Virus record (IMG/VR): IMGVR_UViG_3300032218_000387
Span: 1 to 25,037 of that record
DNA length: 25,037 nt
Source of the DNA: a virus
Taxonomy: Duplodnaviria; Caudoviricetes
Reading direction: 5' to 3' (one strand)
Part shown: positions 18,394-24,496 of the stretch, piece by piece
How the letters are laid out: each line of letters opens with the position of its first letter
Numbering within the stretch: position 1 is the first letter of the stretch
Notes under the pieces: model-generated
What the model was told of the DNA's origin: nothing
Database searches by the model: none
Seen by the model: only the letters and a program-made list of their open reading frames with translations
Translations under genes and position numbers: made by a program

Positions 18394-20262
18394 CTATCCG
18401 TATTGCTCTGCCCATTGAGAGGCAAAGGCTTCATCTAGTTGTATAGAACCACGTTGTGCTATTTGAGAACGCGTAGCCCATCTATTTGTTTGATATTGTC
18501 CAACGCGTGAAGACTGTTGCATCAGTTCACGTATACGGATAATGGCAAACCATAGTGCCATCACACAGTCAGTTGGGTTCTTTGTATCTGGTTTCCAAGT
18601 AATCAGTTGCTGTGTGAGGGACTTTAACCCCTCTGAGCCTTCATTGCTTGGCATCTCTATAATGCCATTATCTTGGTAACGTCCATCACGAACACTACCA
18701 AATAGGCTGGCCATAGAAGCCACACCAAAAGATACGTCCCACTTATTTTTACCAGTGAAGTGTGAATTTAACTGGCATCCGTACGAAGCCAAGAAGTTCC
18801 GCAAGTCATCATCCATAGCGTAGTACTTCTGATGTGCGTTGATTTCGACTCTGAACTCTTGAGGTTTATATTTCTCTACCCACTCGTGAATGAGTGCGGT
18901 CTCTTTCTGCGGAGTTGGATCAACCATGTTGACACAATCCAAAACATATATCTTTCCATCGCCTCGGTTATAAGTAACAGCGACGAAGGCGCTGCGACCA
19001 GAAACGGCTGGGTCAAATCCAATTACTGTATACGTTCCGTCGACATGCTTGGGATGTCCTGCAGCATGTTGTTTAAGCGGTCCGCGCTTTCGCATACCGT
19101 TGACACATCCTGCAACTGTTGCTGGCGCAAAGATGGAGTCTTCTTGGACGTCTTCTTGCTGGTAGACCATAGCCCAGACAGATGGCGCAACCTCAGAGCG
19201 CCTCGTAAATAACGAGGGTCCATCCCATTTCGGATAAAGTCCATTAGCGTCAGGTTCGTCAATCTCATTCTCTTGCTGTGTTGTCTTTGGCCAGAGGGTT
19301 TTCCAATTCTTTGGTTCCTCGTCAAATTCCAACACGGCTGGTTGGGCAAAGTAAGTAAAGGGAGATTTGCCACCCGTCCATTGGTCAGGGTCACGAATCA
19401 TCTTATAAAGGTCAATAGGCGATACACGTGTACCAACCACTAGAAGTTTACCATGACGTCCTAGACGGGTGATAACTTCTTTCTGAAGCCATTCAATCTG
19501 CTTTTCCCACTCGTGGGCATTAGCACCCATCACGACGTCATCTAGGATAATCAGGTCGGCACGTGCTCCGTAAATCTGAGAACCAAAGCCGAGCGCTTGC
19601 ACGGTTGGATCTTTCTCACCAGAGTCTCGACCTGTACCTAGATAAATCATATCAGCAGACCATTGGGTTGCATCTGCCTTGTAGCCACCATTTGGGCCAA
19701 AGGCCACCTGTAGTTTGGTGTAGGCTGGGTGAGAAAGACGAGTCTTGATAGCGCCAAGGAACTTGCGCGCCATACCCTGAGTCTTAGAGACTACAATGAC
19801 TCGAGCGTTAGGATTGGTTACAATCTTGTAGACTACGTAGTTTGTAGTAATCACTGTTGACTTGGCGTGCTCGGGCGGTACGTTAATTAAAACACGATTG
19901 GCAGCACCAGGTTCGTAAGTCATAGATGGATGAAGCCATCGTGGCTCTCGTCCTTCAATCAGGTCTATCCAGTCGAGGTGGTGTTCAAAAAGTTTTGTAT
20001 CTAAAAACTGTTCAGAAAAGTCGGGGAAGGAAATGTTGGCAAGTTCTTTAAGATCGGTCTTGATGCCTTTACCTTCGAGGCGAGCAGCCTCAGCACGTTC
20101 TTTGAAGTCAGGGTCAGTTGCTACCCATTGACGGAAGGCTACGTCAGAGCGCCCTACAGTGGCCATAGCAGCCGTTATAGTCTGGCCCTGAGCCAATACC
20201 TGGAGGACCTTTTCTTGGGCCTCACGTTTGGGGATATTCTGAATCCCAGGTTTTCTACCCAT
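18394..20262 (-). CDS. terL: terminase large subunit with N-terminal HTH extension
   Basis: Walker A VPPEHAKST, Walker B LIILDD, coupling motif VGTR, nuclease motifs IGFDPA and DCVMALWFA. ATG 20262 has better RBS spacing (AGGGG) than 20268. Confidence 0.92.
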   Translation of the reverse strand: MGRKPGIQNIPKREAQEKVLQVLAQGQTITAAMATVGRSDVAFRQWVATDPDFKERAEAARLEGKGIKTDLKELANISFPDFSEQFLDTKLFEHHLDWIDLIEGREPRWLHPSMTYEPGAANRVLINVPPEHAKSTVITTNYVVYKIVTNPNARVIVVSKTQGMARKFLGAIKTRLSHPAYTKLQVAFGPNGGYKADATQWSADMIYLGTGRDSGEKDPTVQALGFGSQIYGARADLIILDDVVMGANAHEWEKQIEWLQKEVITRLGRHGKLLVVGTRVSPIDLYKMIRDPDQWTGGKSPFTYFAQPAVLEFDEEPKNWKTLWPKTTQQENEIDEPDANGLYPKWDGPSLFTRRSEVAPSVWAMVYQQEDVQEDSIFAPATVAGCVNGMRKRGPLKQHAAGHPKHVDGTYTVIGFDPAVSGRSAFVAVTYNRGDGKIYVLDCVNMVDPTPQKETALIHEWVEKYKPQEFRVEINAHQKYYAMDDDLRNFLASYGCQLNSHFTGKNKWDVSFGVASMASLFGSVRDGRYQDNGIIEMPSNEGSEGLKSLTQQLITWKPDTKNPTDCVMALWFAIIRIRELMQQSSRVGQYQTNRWATRSQIAQRGSIQLDEAFASQWAEQYG

Positions 20263-20321
20263 TAACATCGCCCCTAATTTACAGTCATTTAACGCTATCG
20301 CCTTAACGGCATAGATGTCCC

Positions 20322-20402
20322 ATTATATATATTATATTATATATTATATAGAGTCGCGGAGTCTTAAACGGAGCGACTCCGAATATATATATTACATATA
20401 TA
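20322..20402. repeat. TA-rich tracts flanking a GC-rich inverted repeat
   Basis: (TATAT)n-like runs at 20322-20350 and 20382-20402 surround GAGTCGC (20351-20357) / GCGACTC (20373-20379). Confidence 0.8.
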
Positions 20403-20668
20403 GATAACCTGTTCAAATCGTAAAAGCGAACAACTGATTTGAATATATTTTTAAAAGCCCTGGTCAGGGCTATATATTGGGGGCTATATTACAATATAAC
20501 AGAAAATTATTGTTGGATACTACTTATGCCAAGCACAAGCATATTAAACAATATGGGGTCAAAGTGTCTAACTCTCAAGTATAGGGTTAGGGTTTGTGTA
20601 AATTGTCGACAAATCTACATGTAGTTAAATCTATTTATAGGTTTGTCGGTTTGCCGACTATCTCCCCC

Positions 20669-20718
20669 TCTCAGAAAATTCTCAGCCCCCTCTCAGGATT
20701 TTCTCAGCAAATTCTCAG
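20669..20718 (+). repeat. five TCTCAG direct repeats with an exact 11-bp period
   Basis: Copies start at 20669, 20680, 20691, 20702 and 20713. Confidence 0.95.
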
Positions 20719-20779
20719 GTTAAATCTTGATTTGTTTATACCTATTTAATTAGCAAATATGCGGATTTGATAATTGAAG

Positions 20780-20795
20780 TGTGACCTATCTCACA
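20780..20795. promoter_or_regulatory. CRP/GlxR-type box TGTGA-N6-TCACA
   Basis: TGTGA CCTATC TCACA is a perfect consensus match, ending 10 bp upstream of the first -35 element. Confidence 0.65.
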
Positions 20796-20805
20796 CGGTT
20801 TCGAC

Positions 20806-20834
20806 TTGACAAGCGTTCGCCGTTCATGTAATGT
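20806..20834 (+). promoter_or_regulatory. early promoter P1
   Basis: TTGACA-N17-TAATGT. Confidence 0.8.
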
Positions 20835-20901
20835 TCTCCTTGTCATCAGATAGAGCGCGACCCGCTCAACAGATAACACGACACGCGACAAGTCGCAAGA
20901 T

Positions 20902-20930
20902 TTGACAAGTGTTCGAGAGTCTGATAAAGT
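20902..20930 (+). promoter_or_regulatory. early promoter P2
   Basis: TTGACA-N17-TAAAGT with TGn extension. Confidence 0.85.
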
Positions 20931-20975
20931 ACTCTCAACAAGTTAGAACCCCTAGAGATAGGGAGCGTCCCTAAC

Positions 20976-21004
20976 TTGACAAGTGAATAAAGATATGCTA
21001 GGCT
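20976..21004 (+). promoter_or_regulatory. early promoter P3
   Basis: TTGACA-N17-TAGGCT with TGn extension. Confidence 0.85.
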
Positions 21005-21066
21005 TGACTAGTTACTTAGTAGCATACGGTCGCCGTAGAGTAACACGACCCTAGCAAATCTTTAAC

Positions 21067-21095
21067 TTGACACGCGCTAGATACTATGGTATCTT
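21067..21095 (+). promoter_or_regulatory. early promoter P4
   Basis: TTGACA-N17-TATCTT with TGn extension. Confidence 0.85.
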
Positions 21096-21163
21096 TCGGG
21101 TTCGCTACCCGATAGCGCACAAGGTACATGGAACCCTTCCATGCCTTAGAATAAGGTACTATC

Positions 21164-21421
21164 ATGCCTAACCCTTACGGGGGCGGTAGCGGTAGCATAG
21201 TGGTTACGCCACGCAAGGTTCAAGCGACCGAACGTCGCTTAGGGTCTGCTGGCTGGCGACTATCCAACACAAAGCATGGTCATGCCGTGCGCCGAGTTCG
21301 GCACACAGTTACGACTAACAAGCCTAAGGTTGAACGCACCCTACCTATCCTTGATGATGCTACACAGGAACGCCTAGCGCGCGCACTTTCACTACACTCA
21401 ATCGTCCCTACCCGTTGGTAG
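21164..21421 (+). CDS. small basic early protein (85 aa)
   Basis: TAAGGT RBS; first ORF after P1-P4. Confidence 0.7.
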   Translation: MPNPYGGGSGSIVVTPRKVQATERRLGSAGWRLSNTKHGHAVRRVRHTVTTNKPKVERTLPILDDATQERLARALSLHSIVPTRW

Positions 21422-21444
21422 TGATCTCACCTAGACACTAGGTC

Positions 21445-21490
21445 GCCATGCCCCTACGGGGGGATACTAGGTTCGAGTCCTAGCATGGCA
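21445..21490 (+). ncRNA. minimal tRNA-like element, copy 1
   Basis: GCCATG-[CCCC TACG GGGG GATA]-CTAGG TTCGAGT CCTAG-CATGGC A: closing stem stacked on a canonical T-arm. Confidence 0.7.
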
Positions 21491-21513
21491 CGACACGCCG
21501 AAAGCGTGCCGAC

Positions 21514-21542
21514 TTGACAAACCCGTTAAGTCGTGGTAGGCT
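21514..21542 (+). promoter_or_regulatory. early promoter P5
   Basis: TTGACA-N17-TAGGCT with TGn extension. Confidence 0.85.
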
Positions 21543-21574
21543 ATGCCTATCAAATCGTAGAGAAAGGATTACGC

Positions 21575-21730
21575 ATGACCGCAAGCGAGCGACTCTCGCT
21601 CGAAGTCGAGTACGCTAATATCCGCATGGATATTGACGACGCAACGCGACTATTCCGCGAGAAAATCCTATCCGTAGCGTGGCAACCTGCCACGAAGCGC
21701 ACACGCCTTAAGGGTTTGCAGACCCGATAG
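21575..21730 (+). CDS. small early protein (51 aa)
   Basis: GAAAGGA RBS before ATG 21575. The track GTG at 21533 lies inside P5. Confidence 0.7.
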   Translation: MTASERLSLEVEYANIRMDIDDATRLFREKILSVAWQPATKRTRLKGLQTR

Positions 21731-21736
21731 GCACAC

Positions 21737-21782
21737 GCCACGACCTGAACGGTGGTGACTAGGTTCAACCCCTAGCGTGGCA
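21737..21782 (+). ncRNA. minimal tRNA-like element, copy 2
   Basis: GCCACG-[ACC TGAAC GGT GGTGA]-CTAGG TTCAACC CCTAG-CGTGGC A; same lengths as copy 1, with a compensatory T-A to C-G change. Confidence 0.7.
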
Positions 21783-21786
21783 CGAC

Positions 21787-21815
21787 TTGACAAAGCGTCG
21801 AGTATGTGATAGGCT
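21787..21815 (+). promoter_or_regulatory. early promoter P6
   Basis: TTGACA-N17-TAGGCT with TGn extension. Confidence 0.85.
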
Positions 21816-21845
21816 ATGCCTAACACAATGAAAGAGAGGTACGAT

Positions 21846-21971
21846 ATGGCGTTAATCCGCGATATGGTCAAAGTTACCATATCCGAATTAGGGCTCAACA
21901 AAATTGAGCCTACCACAGCCGACGATTGGCGCGTGGTCAATGCTTACCTATCAGACAAGGTAGGTGAGTAA
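21846..21971 (+). CDS. small early protein (41 aa)
   Basis: Below the track cutoff; GAGAGGT RBS; MALIRDMVKVTISELGLNKIEPTTADDWRVVNAYLSDKVGE; TAATG coupling to the next ORF. Confidence 0.7.
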   Translation: MALIRDMVKVTISELGLNKIEPTTADDWRVVNAYLSDKVGE

Positions 21972-22111
21972 TGCAACTATCCCCTGCCGATATGCTCGCA
22001 TTGACAATAGCCTTGCTATCTGTTAATGTAGTATTATTGGTAGCCTTTCGCAGAGTCTATGTATTAGAGCGCAGACTCCGCAGATACGAAGGCTACTATG
22101 ACGCACGGTAA
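21971..22111 (+). CDS. small single-pass membrane protein (46 aa)
   Basis: MQLSPADMLALTIALLSVNVVLLVAFRRVYVLERRLRRYEGYYDAR: hydrophobic helix followed by an Arg-rich tail; coupled start. Confidence 0.7.
   Translation: MQLSPADMLALTIALLSVNVVLLVAFRRVYVLERRLRRYEGYYDAR
22001..22029 (+). promoter_or_regulatory. intragenic early promoter P7
   Basis: TTGACA-N17-TAATGT with TGn extension, inside the 46-aa ORF. Confidence 0.6.
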
Positions 22112-22289
22112 CGACCTGCTCTTGGATCTCACTCAACGTGAGGTCGAGGTTATCCGCATGGCGTTACGCTTACAAGAGGACAACCACAAGCGTAACGACT
22201 TCCCTACCCTACTGCTAGAGGTTCAAGGTCTACGCAGTAAGATTGCCGACGCTGTCCTTGACAGCATGAGAGATTTGACACGGGCTTAA
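22098..22289 (+). CDS. small helical early protein (63 aa)
   Basis: GAAGG RBS; overlaps the upstream ORF by 14 nt. Confidence 0.7.
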   Translation: MTHGNDLLLDLTQREVEVIRMALRLQEDNHKRNDFPTLLLEVQGLRSKIADAVLDSMRDLTRA

Positions 22290-22303
22290 ACCTGTGGTAT
22301 TGT
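22275..22303 (+). promoter_or_regulatory. early promoter P8
   Basis: TTGACA-N17-TATTGT with TGn extension, upstream of the amidoligase gene. Confidence 0.85.
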
Positions 22304-22334
22304 ATCCCTACTAGATACAGGAAGGAGGAACCGT

Positions 22335-23612
22335 ATGGATATAACCTGCTATAACTGCACCACACATCTTGATGATGATGATGTAATCAAGCATAACGGA
22401 CACGATTACTGCGCAGATTGCGTAAGTGTGTGCGAGTCATGCCATGAAACTATTGACAATGATGAAATAATTGTAGTCAATGACGATACATACTGCACAA
22501 GTTGTGCCATTATCTGTGAGCATTGTGACTGTGGCGAGATTAGCGACAATTCCCACACCGTAGGTCGAGAGACTTGGTGCGAGGGTTGTTGGGAAAGCGA
22601 TACCTTTTATTGCGAAAATTGCAATGAAAATTACAGCGACCGCTACAATTACTACTCGGTACAGGGCACGACTTATTGTGAGTCATGCTACGAGGACAAC
22701 GCCTACTACTGCGAGGATTGCGACGAGTATTTCAATAATGAGGACTCGTGCAACTGTGACAATAACCTTACATCAAGGTGTTGTCGCGGATCTCGACAAG
22801 GTGTCGGAGTACACGAGTACAACTGCAAACCTGACCCTATATTCAAGGGCTCTAACAAGCACGGAGTCTATCTAGGCTTCGAGTTGGAGACCGAGTTTAC
22901 ACATGGTATAGATGAAGCAAGTTCGTATGCTTCAACTGCGCTTGACGGGGTTGCCTATCTCAAGCATGACGGTAGTCTAAATCATGGCTTCGAGATTGTG
23001 ACTCACCCCCATACACACCTAGAGTATCGGGAGAATAGTACCCTACTTTGGGATACTATTGACACTCTCCGAAAGACTTACAGGGCGAGGTCATGGGATA
23101 CGGATACATGCGGTTTGCATGTTCACATATCACGCAAAGGCTTTACAAGTGGGGCACATCTGCATAGGTTCATAGCATTTGTGTACCATAATGCACCGAC
23201 AATGATTAAGTTTGCAGGGCGTAAGTCTAGGTTCGCACGCTTCAATGATGTGTACACCTTTGATGAGTATGACCGCCCTATATTCTCACTCAAGCATAAG
23301 GTTGGAGACCCCAACAGAAATGCAAGTGAGCGTTACTCTGCGGTAAATACGCAGAATAGTAATACGATAGAGTTGCGCTTCTTTAGGGGCACAATGAATA
23401 CAAGCGGTGTGTTAAGTGCCCTAGACTTAACACAGGCTATGGTTGAGTACACTAGGGAACTACGCCTAGATGATGTCAAATTAGGGGCATTGTCTTGGGA
23501 GTGGTTCGTTGATTATGTACAGTCCAACAATGGGCTATACCCTGACCTATACTCTAGGTTAGACAAGATACAAGAAGTAGATATCAAGAAGCCGTTAGTG
23601 GCTAACGCTTAG
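22335..23612 (+). CDS. putative amidoligase (COOH-NH2 ligase family) with N-terminal tandem CxxC repeats (425 aa)
   Basis: GFELETE, KHDGSL..GFEIVTHP, TCGLHVHIS, RYSAVN and TIELRFFRGT motifs; nine CxxC units in the first ~130 aa; AAGGAGG RBS. Confidence 0.88.
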   Translation: MDITCYNCTTHLDDDDVIKHNGHDYCADCVSVCESCHETIDNDEIIVVNDDTYCTSCAIICEHCDCGEISDNSHTVGRETWCEGCWESDTFYCENCNENYSDRYNYYSVQGTTYCESCYEDNAYYCEDCDEYFNNEDSCNCDNNLTSRCCRGSRQGVGVHEYNCKPDPIFKGSNKHGVYLGFELETEFTHGIDEASSYASTALDGVAYLKHDGSLNHGFEIVTHPHTHLEYRENSTLLWDTIDTLRKTYRARSWDTDTCGLHVHISRKGFTSGAHLHRFIAFVYHNAPTMIKFAGRKSRFARFNDVYTFDEYDRPIFSLKHKVGDPNRNASERYSAVNTQNSNTIELRFFRGTMNTSGVLSALDLTQAMVEYTRELRLDDVKLGALSWEWFVDYVQSNNGLYPDLYSRLDKIQEVDIKKPLVANA

Positions 23613-23627
23613 AGAGGATCTCAAACT

Positions 23628-24470
23628 ATGTGCATACTTGTTGTGTGTGAGCCTGACTCTATACCAAATAAGTCAGACTTAACAGCAGGTGCATGTAGCA
23701 ACCCGCACGGATTTGGGTTTGCTATACACGCAGGGGATAGAATAATCTCCGAGCGTAGCATGTCTGCAAAGAAATCTATAGCACGCTTCTTGGAATTGCG
23801 CAAGCAATACCCAAGTGGCTACGCCATGTGGCACGCTAGGTGGGCAACACATGGTGTTAAGAACGAGCAGAACTGCCACCCATTTGTGGTTGGTGGTGAT
23901 GAGCGTACTTACCTTGCTCACAATGGAGTACTAGATATAACAATTCATAAGTCAGACAAACGTAGTGATACGCGTGTCTTTGCAGAGGATACACTACCTA
24001 AAATAGGTGGCGTCTCTGCACTTGATGATGATAATATCTATATCATGGTAGAGTCGTGGGCTAGTGGTAGCAAGATTGCTATCCTAACCTGCGACCCAAC
24101 CGCGCAACACCCTATGTATCTGATCAATGAGAAGGCAGGTACGTGGGACAATGACGGTATATGGTGGAGTAATCAAAGTCATAAGAGAAATACTTATGCC
24201 ACGCCACCCAAGCCCGTTACTGCTGTACCAACAACACAAGCAAGCGGTATCAAGTATCCCGAGATATGGTTTGATGATGAGGCAGATGATGAACAGATAG
24301 TAGATGTGTGCCCGTATTGCGAAACCATCGCAGACCTGCACGAGAACCCCTACTACTGCACGATTTGCCAATCATGCTATGATTGCGGTATACTTATAGA
24401 TGATTGCTTGTGCTATACACCAAACAAGAATTGGCAGAGCACACGTTCGCTCGGTCAATTCTTTTACTAA
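23628..24470 (+). CDS. class II glutamine amidotransferase with Cys-rich C-terminus (280 aa)
   Basis: N-terminal M-C, NPHGFG, HARWATHG, NCHPF, LAHNG and SDT motifs. Confidence 0.9.
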   Translation: MCILVVCEPDSIPNKSDLTAGACSNPHGFGFAIHAGDRIISERSMSAKKSIARFLELRKQYPSGYAMWHARWATHGVKNEQNCHPFVVGGDERTYLAHNGVLDITIHKSDKRSDTRVFAEDTLPKIGGVSALDDDNIYIMVESWASGSKIAILTCDPTAQHPMYLINEKAGTWDNDGIWWSNQSHKRNTYATPPKPVTAVPTTQASGIKYPEIWFDDEADDEQIVDVCPYCETIADLHENPYYCTICQSCYDCGILIDDCLCYTPNKNWQSTRSLGQFFY

Positions 24471-24496
24471 CCAACCAACCAAACGAGAGGTAACAC

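Noticed and set aside
1288-19748. Numerous plus-strand and alternate-frame ORFs of 60-134 aa in the track (e.g. 4999-5403, 6252-6617, 15250-15615, 18832-19212)
   Set aside because: They are antisense or frame shadows of well-supported minus-strand genes, with no RBS or recognisable motifs.
20439-20624. 61-aa plus-strand ORF in the divergence zone
   Set aside because: TTG start without an RBS, upstream of all detected promoters, in an AT-rich palindromic region; probably non-coding.
21096-21112. Third T-arm-like hairpin TCGGG-TTCGCTA-CCCGA
   Set aside because: The loop lacks the invariant A58 of a T-loop, there is no enclosing acceptor-like stem, and it straddles the predicted P4 start site.
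21445-21782. Calling the two T-arm elements true tRNA genes or attP sites
   Set aside because: They are only 46 nt, with no D-arm/anticodon arm and no CCA. An attP remnant would carry only the tRNA 3' part, whereas here the 5' strand of the closing stem is present and covaries. No integrase is in the window.
20669-21822. CRISPR array interpretation of the repeats
   Set aside because: Repeats are either 6-bp units or promoter motifs with irregular spacing; there is no constant 23-50 bp repeat with uniform spacers and no cas genes.
22258-22286. Additional TTGACA hexamers at 22258 and 24573 as promoters
   Set aside because: No TAnnnT element 17 bp downstream.
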